A DNA stretch of 64,000 nt, taken from assembly GCA_050951325.1 (NCBI GenBank), contig JBMNIW010000005.1, positions 1 to 64,000 on the forward strand, given 5' to 3'. The position numbers and the translations under genes are program-made. The notes below the pieces were generated by a model. It saw only the letters and a list, made by a program, of their open reading frames with translations. It was not told the DNA's origin and ran no database searches. Shown piece by piece: positions 29,361 through 40,119 of the stretch. Numbering within the stretch: position 1 is the stretch's first letter; every line of letters starts with the position of its first letter. The stretch comes from Clostridia bacterium (GTDB lineage: Bacteria; Bacillota; Clostridia; UBA1212; DUPL01).

Positions 29361-30314
29361 ATGAAGAAAGTACAAAAGAAAAATAGTGTTAGTTACATTC
29401 TACTATTATTTGCGCTGATGGTTGTAATGTTTGCAGCTGTTGTTGTAGCGCATTCGTTAAAGGGGTTAGATAGCGACATTCTTGGGAATTCGCCAACAAT
29501 AACTCCAATAACACCAACACCTTCACTGGAAGATGAGACTCAAACTCCACAAACAACTACTGATCCGGATGTTACGCAAACACCAACTCCGACGCCAATT
29601 CCAATTATTGAAGAGATAGATGAATCAAAGCTTGTTGGGCTGGATACAACAGTAAGGTCTTGGTCCTGGGCATATCCATACAAAGAAGTTGAAAAACATG
29701 GGGGAGTATACAGAAAGACAAATGATGGCAAAGTATTGTATCTTACATTCGACAATGGATACGAAAATGGTTTTACGCCTAGAATACTTGATATTTTAAA
29801 GGAGAAGAATGTAAAGGCAATATTCTTTGTTACAGGAAGCTACATTAGAAAGAACCAGGAACTTGTAAAGAGAATGGTGGAAGAAGGACATTTGGTTGGT
29901 AACCATACGAACACACATCCTGAAAAAACTCCAATGCCTGATTTGTCCGTTGAGAAGTTTGTTGAGGAATTGGTTGTTGTAGAAAGAGAATACGAGAAGA
30001 TATTTGGAAAAGGTCAGCGTATGTTTTACTACCGTCCGCCAGAAGGACTCTTTAGCATAAGGGATCTTCATATTGCAGCCCAGATGCATTATGAAACAAT
30101 TTTCTGGGATCTTGCCTATCAAGACTATGGTGATCCGGTCGGTGTGGAAGAAGCAATCAACAGAGTGATTGGACCAATACAAGAAGGCAAGTTTGTTGGA
30201 AATGGTGCTGTAATATTGTTGCATTCAACATTTGAAGACAATGCAAATGCTCTTGCTACCATCATTGATACTTTGAGAGAAATGGGATATGAATTTAGGA
30301 GGATAGACGAGTGA
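29361..30314 (+). CDS. Polysaccharide deacetylase (CE4), PdaA-like MurNAc deacetylase
   Basis: YLTFDNGYENG, GNHT..H, RPP.G, ILLH; TFDNG is the PdaA variant; TM and PT linker. Confidence 0.88.
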   Translation: MKKVQKKNSVSYILLLFALMVVMFAAVVVAHSLKGLDSDILGNSPTITPITPTPSLEDETQTPQTTTDPDVTQTPTPTPIPIIEEIDESKLVGLDTTVRSWSWAYPYKEVEKHGGVYRKTNDGKVLYLTFDNGYENGFTPRILDILKEKNVKAIFFVTGSYIRKNQELVKRMVEEGHLVGNHTNTHPEKTPMPDLSVEKFVEELVVVEREYEKIFGKGQRMFYYRPPEGLFSIRDLHIAAQMHYETIFWDLAYQDYGDPVGVEEAINRVIGPIQEGKFVGNGAVILLHSTFEDNANALATIIDTLREMGYEFRRIDE

Positions 30315-31006
30315 GAGTAAAAAGAAGCTTTGTTATAAAAGTTTCGATAGTGTTTCTTGTCATACTGATGGGATATTCTGTAGTTGACTACTTTAGGGAA
30401 AGTGTGGAGAAAATGACAGCTCCGGAAGAGCATTTTCCCAAGCTTCATAATGCTGAGAGATATTTTTTCAGGGTAGGTTATCCTGAAGACTGGGCTGCTG
30501 AAGCAGGTGCCAACAATTTTTTCTTGGACAAGGATACAGGACTTGTTCTCAATCTATATCCCTTGATAAAGTCGTCAGATGCAACTCCCATTCCCCAGGA
30601 AACAGGACAGGAAGATGTACAGGATCCCATGGTCAGGGATGAAACGGCCATCATCTCCTTTTTTTACAGGCCTATTGAGAAAGGCGAAGAGATGGATTTG
30701 AAACAAGCAATGGACATTGCTCTGGCAGAACTGATGGAATCGGGCAAAAATATAACTGAGGATAATATAAGTTCGATTATGGATTACGAATCGGAAAAGA
30801 CGGTTTTCAAGAAGGTGTCTTACACATACATGAAAAATCTTTTCCCTGTAAAGGGCGACATGTATGTAGCTGTCAGGCAAATGTGTTATTATATAATCAT
30901 ATATGAAGCGGAACATGATGTGCTTGCAGGCAGTTCATACAACAAGTACAAGGATGTGGCCGGTGAGATTATAGATGATTTCAGGCTTTCCGTATTTGAC
31001 TATTAA
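30311..31006 (+). CDS. Hypothetical exported protein (PsbP/DcrB-like)
   Basis: N-terminal TM; F.VGYPEDW and terminal IIDDFRL pattern; overlaps the upstream gene. Confidence 0.55.
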   Translation: MRVKRSFVIKVSIVFLVILMGYSVVDYFRESVEKMTAPEEHFPKLHNAERYFFRVGYPEDWAAEAGANNFFLDKDTGLVLNLYPLIKSSDATPIPQETGQEDVQDPMVRDETAIISFFYRPIEKGEEMDLKQAMDIALAELMESGKNITEDNISSIMDYESEKTVFKKVSYTYMKNLFPVKGDMYVAVRQMCYYIIIYEAEHDVLAGSSYNKYKDVAGEIIDDFRLSVFDY

Positions 31007-31017
31007 AGAGGTAATCT

Positions 31018-32004
31018 ATGAAAAGGCTTTGTTTGGTTGTCGTTATTCTCGTTGTCGTAAGTGCGGCAGGGTGCACTAAAGGCAATAATATACCGAAAAA
31101 AAGCGATGTATGGCATATTGAAGGATTGGCATACGATGGGAAGATAATTGCGGAAAATGAGGACTTTAGGGTATATGATTTTGTTTTCATGCATTTTTGC
31201 ACTGATGCCAAGAATAAGGATGAAGCACTAAACAAAGCTCATTTATATTCTGTTACTTATGAGATTGCACGTTTAAACACTCCTCTTACTGAGGAAGAAA
31301 AAGAAGAGATATTGAGATTAAGCGAAGACCTTGCAAAAGATAATGCAGAACTGTATTTGAACAAGGGTTTTGAGAATGTTTTGCAGTACAAACTCTTTGC
31401 TCTAATGGATAATACGATTAACAAGTACAAAAGTAGTGTGTTTGAAAAGTATGATATTGATGATAAAGACCTTTTAGATTACTACAACCAGAACGTGAAG
31501 AAGTACAAAAGTGTGGCTCTTCAGGTTCTTTACTATTCTCTAAAGGATGAAAACGGAAACAAACTATCTTGGGAAGTTATTGAGGAAAAGATAAATAAAG
31601 CTGAATCTTATTTAGACGAAATAAAGACATCAAGCGATATGGATGATTTAATCTTGAATGAGTCAGATGACATCGGTGTTATTGAAACAGGCGGGAAGAT
31701 GACTGTATCTTTGGAAGGATACCAGAACAAGGATGATGAATTATATGAGTTTTCGTCCAATCCTGATTTGAAGGTAGGAGACATGATTGTAATTGTTGAC
31801 GAATACGGAATTTATCTTGTCAGATGCGATGGTTTTGAAGATTATGATAATAGCGAAAACGTAAGGGATGCTGTGTACAACGACTATTGTACTTTTAAGT
31901 TCTTAACGGAAATGGAAACTTATTTGGAAGATGAAAAGTATTATCTTAAGGACATAAAAGAAGAGATAATGGATAAGATAACAACGCAGTATCAATGGGA
32001 TTAA
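31018..32004 (+). CDS. Lipoprotein, PrsA/parvulin-like foldase
   Basis: Lipobox AAGC; DYYNQN..KY, SDD....TGG, YGIYLVR parvulin-like elements. Confidence 0.6.
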   Translation: MKRLCLVVVILVVVSAAGCTKGNNIPKKSDVWHIEGLAYDGKIIAENEDFRVYDFVFMHFCTDAKNKDEALNKAHLYSVTYEIARLNTPLTEEEKEEILRLSEDLAKDNAELYLNKGFENVLQYKLFALMDNTINKYKSSVFEKYDIDDKDLLDYYNQNVKKYKSVALQVLYYSLKDENGNKLSWEVIEEKINKAESYLDEIKTSSDMDDLILNESDDIGVIETGGKMTVSLEGYQNKDDELYEFSSNPDLKVGDMIVIVDEYGIYLVRCDGFEDYDNSENVRDAVYNDYCTFKFLTEMETYLEDEKYYLKDIKEEIMDKITTQYQWD

Positions 32005-32016
32005 AGGGAGAATTTT

Positions 32017-32862
32017 ATGAAAGGATTATTATTATCCATTATTCTTGTGGAAATGTTGTTGACCGGTTGTGTTAGGAACATTGACAAAATGACTCCATCA
32101 CCAAAAATTTCACCCGAGGTTACCGACAGGGCTGATGACACACCCGGGGCGACAGAATCTGTCACGCCAACATCTACTCCGTTGCCAACGCCATCACCAA
32201 CCCCTATTTCTGAGCCTGTTACAAATGTATATCAGGCAGTGAAAAGGCTTGTTGTGGCAGAAAAAGCATCTCATGTATTTGTTGTTTTGCAAAGAGAAAA
32301 GGGTCCTGAGTGTGATTTTTATGCCTTTAAAAGACAAGGCAATGAGTTTGTTGAAGTGTTTAACACTGTTGGTCTTGTAGGGAAGAATGGTATTGCTACA
32401 ATAGAGGAAAAACATGAAGGCGACTACAGAACTCCTGCCGGAATATATACATTTGGAATGTGTTTTGGAATAAAGGATGACAATGGCATATCTCCACTTG
32501 GCTATACTGTTGTAGGCGAAGATGATTATTGGGATTCAAATCCTGAGTCCGATACGTACAATCAATGGATTAAGAAGAAAGATTTGCCTGCAACTTATGA
32601 CAAAACGAAATATGAGAATTTAATCAGCAAGAAGGGAACGTACAACTATGTAGCAGCGATAAACTACAATGTGGATCCCATAATTAAAGGAAAAGGTTCT
32701 GCAATTTTCCTCCACTGTACAAGAGAAGGTTCCATGCTGTATACCGGAGGTTGTATTGCCATTCCTGAAGATAAGATGCTTATCGCACTTTCAATGATTT
32801 ATAGCGATACATATATCGTAATCGCAAGTTCTTTTGATGATTTGATGACACATGTTAGATAA
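32017..32862 (+). CDS. L,D-transpeptidase family lipoprotein
   Basis: Lipobox LTGC; EGD.RTPAG.Y, GSAIFLH...TGGC. Confidence 0.85.
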   Translation: MKGLLLSIILVEMLLTGCVRNIDKMTPSPKISPEVTDRADDTPGATESVTPTSTPLPTPSPTPISEPVTNVYQAVKRLVVAEKASHVFVVLQREKGPECDFYAFKRQGNEFVEVFNTVGLVGKNGIATIEEKHEGDYRTPAGIYTFGMCFGIKDDNGISPLGYTVVGEDDYWDSNPESDTYNQWIKKKDLPATYDKTKYENLISKKGTYNYVAAINYNVDPIIKGKGSAIFLHCTREGSMLYTGGCIAIPEDKMLIALSMIYSDTYIVIASSFDDLMTHVR

Positions 32863-32894
32863 TTCAGGCTCTGCCTGAATTTTTTCTTTTATAC

Positions 32895-32922
32895 ACCCAA
32901 ATCATTAATCCCACATATTATA
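32895..32922 (+). promoter_or_regulatory. sigma-K-like promoter of spoVFAB
   Basis: AC-N17-CATATTATA matches AC...CATAnnnTA; spoVF is sigma-K-dependent in B. subtilis. Confidence 0.55.
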
Positions 32923-32951
32923 TATCGGAAAAAGATTTGAAGAGTGATACG

Positions 32952-33833
32952 ATGAAAAATATGAAGTTTACATTGATAGGCGGAGACCTGCGCAATGTAA
33001 AGTTGGCTTCACTATTGGAGGAACGAGGAAACGAGGTATACACTTTTGGATTGGAAGGCGGAGCAGGAGGGAAATTTTTCTACAGATGCAACAGTATGAC
33101 TGAAGCTTTCGCAAGAGGAGACATAATTATTGGACCAATTCCATTTTCACAGGATGGAATTAAATTGAATGCTCCTTTGCATCAAGCGGATGTGGAACTT
33201 CAGGATATATTGGACAACATACCTAAAGGCAGGTTGTTGATTGCAGGAAAAGTACCTGCGGATTTTGTCAAAAAAGTAGCTGATAAGAATGTGAGGATAA
33301 TTGATATTATGGATAGGGATGACATGGCAATCCTTAACAGCATTCCCACAGCTGAAGGTGCTGTGCAGATTGCGATGGAGGAGCTGCCTGTTACAATACA
33401 TAACTGCAAGGTTATGGTTCTTGGACTAGGAAAAGTTGGATCGACGCTGGCTGTTTTGTTGAAGAATATTGGAGCAAAAGTACTGGTGGTGGCAAGGAAC
33501 AGCAGGGACATTTCAAGAGCTGCCGCTTTTGGTCTTGAGTGCGGAATGTATGAGGAGCTGCCTTTGCTCATTGGCGAGTACAAACTTATTTACAACACCG
33601 TTCCTGCGATGGTGCTTGACAAGAGTATTCTGCAGTTTGTGGCGAAGGATGCCTTGGTAATAGATTTGGCTTCCAAGCCGGGCGGTGTTGATTTTGAATA
33701 TGCACAGTACAAAGGCATCAAGACAATCCATGCATTGTCTTTGCCGGGAAAGGTTGCGCCAGTTACTACTGCCATGTACATGGAGACGGTAATATATAAC
33801 ATAATAAAAGAAGAATACAAGGGAGGCATATAA
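32952..33833 (+). CDS. spoVFA: Dipicolinate synthase subunit A (DpsA/DpaA)
   Basis: IGGDLR, NSIPTAEGA, NTVP, IDLASKPGG.DF, SLPGKVAP. Confidence 0.95.
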   Translation: MKNMKFTLIGGDLRNVKLASLLEERGNEVYTFGLEGGAGGKFFYRCNSMTEAFARGDIIIGPIPFSQDGIKLNAPLHQADVELQDILDNIPKGRLLIAGKVPADFVKKVADKNVRIIDIMDRDDMAILNSIPTAEGAVQIAMEELPVTIHNCKVMVLGLGKVGSTLAVLLKNIGAKVLVVARNSRDISRAAAFGLECGMYEELPLLIGEYKLIYNTVPAMVLDKSILQFVAKDALVIDLASKPGGVDFEYAQYKGIKTIHALSLPGKVAPVTTAMYMETVIYNIIKEEYKGGI

Positions 33834-34408
33834 TGATACGGATAGGGTATGCGCTAACAGGATCTTTCTGCACCATACGTGAATCTTTGGAAGTAATAAA
33901 AGAACTTGTAAACAAAGGATACGACGTTCATCCAATCATTTCATATAACGTGGCATCATTTGCAACACGCTTTATTGATTCTGACGAAACTATCAGACTA
34001 CTTGTTGAAATAACGGGAAAGGAACCAATTAGCACTATTCAAGGAGCGGAACCTATAGGACCCAAGAGACTTTTTGATGTAGTAGTAGTTGCACCCTGTA
34101 CCGGTAATACTATGGCAAAGCTTGCAAATGCCATAACAGATACGCCCGTACTTATGGCCTGCAAGTCACAATTGAGGAATCAAAGACCCGTTGTGCTTGC
34201 GTTGGCTACAAATGATGCTTTGTCTGCAAATGCAAAGAATCTGGGTATTTTACTAAACACCAGTAATGTATATTTTGTACCTGTAAAACAGGACAATTAC
34301 GAGGGAAAGCCAAGGTCCATGGTGGCCGATTTCTCACTCATTGAAAGTACAATATTGAAAGCATTGGAGGGTGAGCAACTCCAACCGATAATACTGTGTG
34401 CGGAATAG
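33833..34408 (+). CDS. spoVFB: Dipicolinate synthase subunit B
   Basis: TGSFCT, AEPIGP, APCTGNT.AKLA, TND.L, QD...KP.S, QLQPI. Confidence 0.95.
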   Translation: MIRIGYALTGSFCTIRESLEVIKELVNKGYDVHPIISYNVASFATRFIDSDETIRLLVEITGKEPISTIQGAEPIGPKRLFDVVVVAPCTGNTMAKLANAITDTPVLMACKSQLRNQRPVVLALATNDALSANAKNLGILLNTSNVYFVPVKQDNYEGKPRSMVADFSLIESTILKALEGEQLQPIILCAE

Positions 34409-34475
34409 CTGAATATTGCAAATTGTTGGCATAAATGATAAAATGATTATTGAATAATAATTGGGAGTGAGATTT

Positions 34476-36773
34476 TTGGCCAACTCATCATCACAAAAGA
34501 AAAAGTCACAAAATGGCAAAACGGCAAGAGTCAAAAGCAACAAGACGGAACATCGTGAGATTGTGTCAATTGTTCTATTTGCCACAGGCTTATTGATGTT
34601 CCTTTCGTATATAGACAAGGTAGGAATTGTTGGCGTTCTCATTAGAGGATTTTTGTTCGGTTTTTTTGGACAAGTTGCTTCTTTTCTAATTCTTGGCCTT
34701 ATATGGTATTTGGCATGGTGTCTATTAAGGGGTACTGAACGACAGGTTTTTACTTTTAAGAAGACTTTTCTGTTTACTCTCTTAATCATAATGATATCGT
34801 CACTTATACATACGATTTCGTTTGATGCCTCCCATGAAGATTTCTTTGAAACGGTAAGACAGCTTATTGATTCGCATAAGCAAAAACCTTCCGGAGGCTT
34901 GCTTGGAGGAGGGTTGAGTCTTGTTTTGCAGAAATATATGGAGAAGGCTGGTGCCTTGGTAGTATTGATACCATTGACAATAATTATAACAATGGTTCTT
35001 TTTTCGCTTTCCATAATGAATTTTATAAACAAGGTTTCATTTATCGGAAGCAAAGTGGGAAGGACTGGAAGAAAAATATATGAGAGGTTGAGAAATAATA
35101 AGCAGCAGAGTGTGGTAATTGACAGACAGAAAATCAAGAATGCGATTGAAGAAAGCGAGATGTTGAAGGATGAATATTTGCTTGAGGAACAGGAACTGAC
35201 CTTTGACGATGAAATTATAGAGAAAGACGAACCTTTCATTAATGAGCCTGAGCAATACACCTTTTCTCCAGAGAAGATTGATGTGGAAGAAACAACATTT
35301 GTGGAGAATATTATAAGCAAGGAAAAACACTGCTATTTAAAACCTCCCATAAGCCTTCTTGCTGACAGCGATCAGGAACAGGATTTTTCCGATGAGCAGA
35401 AAAAACATGCGTCAAGGGTTGCCAGAAAGATTGAGGATATTTTGTTCAGTTTCAACATTGATGCAAAGGTTGTGAATATTAGTAGGGGACCTACAATAAC
35501 CAGGTATGACGTGCAGCCCAGTTCCGGTGTAAAGGTAAGCAAGATAAAGAATCTATCGGAAGATATTGCGCTTAATCTGGCATCGCCCGGTATAAGGATA
35601 GAGCAGATCCCAGGAAAGGCCGCAATCGGTGTGGAGGTTCCTAATGATGCTGTAAGAGTTGTTTCTTTGAGAGAGATTATAGATTCAAAGGCTTTCAGAA
35701 ATCACAGGTCAAACACTGCATTCTGTCTTGGTTGTGACATAACAGGAGAACCTGTTGTAGCAGATATTGCACGGATGCCGCATCTTTTGATAGCTGGTGC
35801 GACGGGTTCGGGTAAGAGCGTCTGTATTAACAGCTTGATTATGAGTCTAATATACAAGGCGTCTCCCGATGATGTAAAATTAATACTGATAGACCCCAAG
35901 GTTGTTGAACTTGGTATATACAATGGCATACCTCACTTGATGATACCTGTGGTAACACAAACCAAGAAGGCGGCTGGGGCATTGTCCTGGGCAGTTCAGG
36001 AAATGGAAAAAAGATACACCATGTTTGCTGAAAAAGGTGTAAGGGACATTGCAGGTTACAACAGGCAGGCAAAGGCTGAAGGCGAGGATAAGCTGCCCAA
36101 GATTGTCATAATTATAGACGAGCTGGCAGACCTCATGCTTGCAGCAAGGGACTCTGTTGAGGATGCAATATGCAGAATAGCACAGAAGGCAAGAGCCTGC
36201 GGCATACATCTGGTGGTTGCTACCCAAAGGCCCTCGGTTGATGTAATTACAGGACTGATTAAGGCCAATATACCGTCAAGGATAGCTTTCAAAGTTGCAT
36301 CGCAAGTGGATTCAAGAATCATTCTTGACAATGCCGGTGGAGCAGGAGCGGACAAGCTTTTGGGTAGAGGTGACATGCTGTTTCTGCCGGTAGGAAGTAT
36401 AAAGCCAATAAGAGTGCAGGGAGCTTTCGTTTCCGACGCAGAGGTTGAGGCGGTTGTAGACTATCTTAAGAAGTCATGCGAAGCGGAGTATGACATGGAA
36501 GTCGTAAAAGAAGTTGAGAACACTCAAAGTGCTGAAGGAACACGAAATACTGCATTGGAAGAGGACGAACTGCTTCCTCAGGCTGTACAGATTGCAATTG
36601 AAATGAAACAGATTTCAGCCTCTTATCTCCAAAGAAAGCTTGGGATAGGATACAATAGAGCGGCCAGGATAATTGACCAGATGGAGGAAAGGGGATATAT
36701 ATCCTGCAAGGATGGAAGTAATCCAAGAATGGTTTTGATAGATAAATTTCCCGAAGAATTGCAAGGAAGGTGA
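34476..36773 (+). CDS. ftsK: DNA translocase FtsK/SpoIIIE
   Basis: N-terminal TMs, [28 protein letters not shown], gamma domain [15 protein letters not shown]; TTG 34476 behind GGGAG. Confidence 0.96.
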   Translation: MANSSSQKKKSQNGKTARVKSNKTEHREIVSIVLFATGLLMFLSYIDKVGIVGVLIRGFLFGFFGQVASFLILGLIWYLAWCLLRGTERQVFTFKKTFLFTLLIIMISSLIHTISFDASHEDFFETVRQLIDSHKQKPSGGLLGGGLSLVLQKYMEKAGALVVLIPLTIIITMVLFSLSIMNFINKVSFIGSKVGRTGRKIYERLRNNKQQSVVIDRQKIKNAIEESEMLKDEYLLEEQELTFDDEIIEKDEPFINEPEQYTFSPEKIDVEETTFVENIISKEKHCYLKPPISLLADSDQEQDFSDEQKKHASRVARKIEDILFSFNIDAKVVNISRGPTITRYDVQPSSGVKVSKIKNLSEDIALNLASPGIRIEQIPGKAAIGVEVPNDAVRVVSLREIIDSKAFRNHRSNTAFCLGCDITGEPVVADIARMPHLLIAGATGSGKSVCINSLIMSLIYKASPDDVKLILIDPKVVELGIYNGIPHLMIPVVTQTKKAAGALSWAVQEMEKRYTMFAEKGVRDIAGYNRQAKAEGEDKLPKIVIIIDELADLMLAARDSVEDAICRIAQKARACGIHLVVATQRPSVDVITGLIKANIPSRIAFKVASQVDSRIILDNAGGAGADKLLGRGDMLFLPVGSIKPIRVQGAFVSDAEVEAVVDYLKKSCEAEYDMEVVKEVENTQSAEGTRNTALEEDELLPQAVQIAIEMKQISASYLQRKLGIGYNRAARIIDQMEERGYISCKDGSNPRMVLIDKFPEELQGR

Positions 36774-36778
36774 TTGTT

Positions 36779-37618
36779 GTGTTAATAGATGGTAAAAAGG
36801 TATCAATGCGTATAAGGGAAGAGATAAAGAAGGAAGTGGTTGAGCTTAAAGAAAAGGGAATTAATCCTTGTCTTTCGGTGGTTCTGGTTGGTTCGGACAT
36901 GGCCTCGAGGACATATGTAAACAACAAGAAGAAGGCATGTGCGGAAGTCGGGATGCTGTCAAAGGAATTCCTTCTGCCTGATGAGGCAAGCGAGGAAGAA
37001 CTTCTTGAACTCATTGACAGGCTGAATAAAGACAAGGAAGTGCACGGAATTCTGGTTCAGCTGCCCCTTCCCAAACATATAGACGAGATGAAAGTTATTG
37101 AAGCAATTGATCCCAAAAAGGATGTAGACTGCTTCCATCCATATAATGTCGGAAGGCTGTATACGGGAAGTGGAATCTTTGCTCCTTGTACTCCAGCAGG
37201 TGTTATGGAACTTATTAAAGAAACAGGAACTGAAATTGAAGGTAAAGAGTGTGTTGTTGTTGGCAGGAGCAATATAGTAGGAAAGCCTATGGCAATGCTT
37301 CTTCTTGCTGCAAATGGTACTGTCACGGTTACCCATTCAAGAACAAAGGATTTAAAAAGCGTTTGCAAGAGGGCTGACATTCTGATTTTTGCCATAGGAA
37401 AGGCCAAGTTCGTTAACGAAGAGTATGTAAAGCCCGGTGCTGTCGTAATTGATGTGGGCATGAACAGGGATGAGAATAACAAGTTGTGCGGAGACGTGGA
37501 CTTTGAGAGGGTAAAGGATATTTGTGGAGCCATTACTCCTGTTCCAGGTGGAGTGGGTCCCATGACAATTACAACACTTCTTTCGAATACACTTTTGGCT
37601 GCAAGAATGTTTGGTTGA
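36779..37618 (+). CDS. folD: Methylene-THF dehydrogenase/cyclohydrolase
   Basis: [41 protein letters not shown]. Confidence 0.97.
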   Translation: MLIDGKKVSMRIREEIKKEVVELKEKGINPCLSVVLVGSDMASRTYVNNKKKACAEVGMLSKEFLLPDEASEEELLELIDRLNKDKEVHGILVQLPLPKHIDEMKVIEAIDPKKDVDCFHPYNVGRLYTGSGIFAPCTPAGVMELIKETGTEIEGKECVVVGRSNIVGKPMAMLLLAANGTVTVTHSRTKDLKSVCKRADILIFAIGKAKFVNEEYVKPGAVVIDVGMNRDENNKLCGDVDFERVKDICGAITPVPGGVGPMTITTLLSNTLLAARMFG

Positions 37619-37630
37619 TTTATGTTAGTA

Positions 37631-37656
37631 AAAACCTGGCCTGATGGCCAGGTTTT
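37631..37656. terminator. Terminator after folD
   Basis: AAAACCTGGCC-TGAT-GGCCAGGTTTT. Confidence 0.7.
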
Positions 37657-37685
37657 GTGTAAAATTTCTTCTGAACAAATATATG

Positions 37686-37890
37686 TTTAAACTCAATAGT
37701 AACGGTGTTTTCTTGACTGATTATCACTGTAGGGGGTATGAGTAATATTGAATGTTACTCTGGCTTTGCCATTTTCATACTGTTCTATTGTAACTTCCTT
37801 CATTATTCCGTCATCGGGGAGTCTAAACTGCTCAGATTGAGGATTGTATGAAATACGCCTTCCGTTATGTTCGCATATTAATTTGAAAAT
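37686..37890 (-). pseudogene. Possible AMIN-domain gene remnant
   Basis: Minus-strand frame reads ...DDGIMKEVTIEQYENGKARVTFNITHTP, then +1 frame TVIISQENTVTIEFK; no good start or SD. Confidence 0.35.
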
Positions 37891-38014
37891 ATTTTATCAT
37901 ATATATTGTTAATGTATTAGGTTGGTATATTCACAAAATCGAGCCAAAATATTCAATATTTATGCAGGCTTTCATAATTTAGGTTGTATTGATCGTAACT
38001 TGCATTATTTCTTC

Positions 38015-38043
38015 TTGACAAATATTATCTTTTTATTTAGAAT
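38015..38043 (+). promoter_or_regulatory. sigma-A promoter upstream of rny
   Basis: TTGACA-N17-TAGAAT. Confidence 0.75.
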
Positions 38044-38051
38044 TAACTGTG

Positions 38052-38120
38052 ATGCATATTATGCACAATGCATAATATGCACAAAATGCATAAAGTGCAT
38101 ACAATTCATTTTGTGCATTT
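38052..38120. repeat. TGCA-core tandem/inverted repeat array, mostly 9-bp period
   Basis: TGCA at 38053, 38062, 38069, 38078, 38087, 38096, 38114 (TTCA at 38105). Confidence 0.85.
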
Positions 38121-38185
38121 AGAAGAATTTAAGTTGTTCAGATAAATATGAGTACCTTGACAACTAAATAAGGGAGGTGTTCGGT

Positions 38186-39772
38186 ATAGGAACTAGCGAT
38201 ATTATTCTATTCATAGTCGTCCCTTTAGTTTTCAGTTCACTAGTTGGCTTAATTTGTTGGAAAATAGCCTCAAAAAGATCTTTTGCTAAGGGTTATCAAG
38301 CCAGGAAAGAAGAAGCAGAAGCGGTTATAGAAAGCGCCGAAGCGGAAGGCAAAAGAATTATTAGTGAAGCAATTAAAGAAAGTGAAATAAAGAAGCGTGA
38401 GTATTTGCTCAATGCCAAACAAGAGATTCACAAAAGTAGAATTGATCTTGAAAGGGAAATTAAAGATAGACGAAACGAGATACAGAGAAATGAAAGACGT
38501 TTGATTCAGAAAGAAGAGTTGCTTGAGAAAAAGCAGGATGCGCAGGAACAAAAGGAGCGTATGCTCAATGAAAGAATGCTTGAACTTGACGAACGTGAAA
38601 AACACGTAGAGGAAATGTTCAACAAACAAGTCCAAGAACTCGAACGTATCGCAAATTTGACGAAAGATGAAGCAAAGGAATATTTGCTAAGACTTACTGA
38701 AAACGAATTGATTCAGGAAAAAGTAACACTTATCAAGGATTACGAAGCGAAACTGAAAGAGGAATGTGTTGTTTTGGCACAGAACTTAGTAGCAACGGCT
38801 ATACAGAAATGTGCATCTGACTATGTTTCAGAAACGACTGTATCTGTTGTCGCATTACCTAATGATGACATGAAAGGCAGAATCATAGGTAGGGAGGGCA
38901 GAAACATAAGGACCATTGAAACATTGACTGGAGTTGATCTGATCATAGATGACACACCTGAAGCTGTTATTCTATCAAGTTTTGATCCAATTCGACGAGA
39001 AATAGCTAGGATAGCTCTGGAGAAGCTGATCATTGACGGTAGAATACATCCTGCCCGAATCGAAGAAATGGTAGAGAAGGCGAGAAAGGAAGTAGACAAT
39101 GTCATCCGTCAGGAAGGAGAGAACGCTACATACGAAACTGGTGTGTATGGGCTTCATCCTGAAATTGTAAGGCTTCTGGGCAGACTGAAGTTCAGGACCA
39201 GCTATGGACAAAGCGTTCTCTTGCACTCAATTGAAGTTTCTAAACTGGCAGGTGTCATGGCTGCAGAGCTGGGTGTAGACGTAGCTTTGGCAAAAAGAGC
39301 CGGCTTGATACACGACATAGGCAAGGCTCTGGACAGCGAGATTGAAGGCTCGCATGTAACCATAGGTGCAGACATAGCCAAGAAGTATAAAGAGTCGCCT
39401 GATGTTGTAAATGCCATAATGTCACATCATGGAGATATTGAACCGCAAAGCGTAGTTGCTGTACTAGTACAAGCTGCAGACACAATATCAGCAGCAAGGC
39501 CTGGTGCAAGACGCGAAACTCTCGAGACTTATATCAAGAGACTAGAGAAACTCGAGGAAATAGCGAATTCCTTCAGTGGCGTTGAAAAAACTTATGCGAT
39601 TCAGGCTGGGCGAGAAATCAGAATTATGATTAAGCCGGAACTTGTCAGTGATGAGGAAATGCCTTTGAAGGCAAGAGAGATAGTTAAGAAGATTGAAAGT
39701 GAAATGGAATATCCTGGACAAATCAAAGTAACGATTTTACGGGAAACAAGAGCAGTAGAATACGCAAAATAG
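38186..39772 (+). CDS. rny: Ribonuclease Y
   Basis: N-terminal TM, coiled coil, KH ([14 protein letters not shown]), HD (HDIGK), RPGARRE; start ATA 38186 or GTG 38177. Confidence 0.97.
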   Translation: MGTSDIILFIVVPLVFSSLVGLICWKIASKRSFAKGYQARKEEAEAVIESAEAEGKRIISEAIKESEIKKREYLLNAKQEIHKSRIDLEREIKDRRNEIQRNERRLIQKEELLEKKQDAQEQKERMLNERMLELDEREKHVEEMFNKQVQELERIANLTKDEAKEYLLRLTENELIQEKVTLIKDYEAKLKEECVVLAQNLVATAIQKCASDYVSETTVSVVALPNDDMKGRIIGREGRNIRTIETLTGVDLIIDDTPEAVILSSFDPIRREIARIALEKLIIDGRIHPARIEEMVEKARKEVDNVIRQEGENATYETGVYGLHPEIVRLLGRLKFRTSYGQSVLLHSIEVSKLAGVMAAELGVDVALAKRAGLIHDIGKALDSEIEGSHVTIGADIAKKYKESPDVVNAIMSHHGDIEPQSVVAVLVQAADTISAARPGARRETLETYIKRLEKLEEIANSFSGVEKTYAIQAGREIRIMIKPELVSDEEMPLKAREIVKKIESEMEYPGQIKVTILRETRAVEYAK

Positions 39773-39781
39773 TTTGAAAAC

Positions 39782-39814
39782 AAAAAAGAGAGTGATTGAT
39801 TCACTCTCTTTTTT
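39782..39814. terminator. Bidirectional terminator between rny and spoVS
   Basis: AAAAAAGAGAGTGA-N5-TCACTCTCTTTTTT. Confidence 0.8.
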
Positions 39815-39837
39815 AAGTATGTTTCTAATTTTTTGGG

Positions 39838-40119
39838 TTATCCGCAATAACCCCTATAATTTCTTCTTTCAACATGAAGTTTGATGCCCGTACGTTCCTC
39901 GCCTTCAAGATAAACGTCAACGAAAGCGGGCATGCATACCAATTCGATTCCAGTCGGAGCCAAATACCCTCTGGTAATTGCTATAGCCTTTATTGCCTGG
40001 TTAATTGCACCTGCGCCGATTGCCTGCACATCGACAGAACCTACTTCCCTGATAACACCTGCCAATGCACCTGCTACTGAAGCTGGATTTGATCTTGCTG
40101 ATACCTTTAATACATCCAT
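39838..40119 (-). CDS. spoVS: Stage V sporulation protein S
   Basis: LKVSARSNPASVAGALAG, QAIGAGA.NQA.KAIAI.RG. Confidence 0.96.
   Translation of the reverse strand: MDVLKVSARSNPASVAGALAGVIREVGSVDVQAIGAGAINQAIKAIAITRGYLAPTGIELVCMPAFVDVYLEGEERTGIKLHVERRNYRGYCG

Noticed and set aside
34334-35320. 328-aa minus-strand ORF
   Set aside because: Lies almost entirely antisense to ftsK; low-complexity Ser/Phe/Ile composition typical of a shadow frame.
38052-38120. TGCA array as a CRISPR array or canonical ARG boxes
   Set aside because: No spacers or cas genes; half-site spacing is N3 rather than the N4 of ARG boxes.
37922-38122. 66-aa ORF ending in CxxCxxCxxC (RiPP- or metallothionein-like)
   Set aside because: No SD, spans the rny promoter, and the Cys spacing is just the TGC frame of the 9-bp DNA array.
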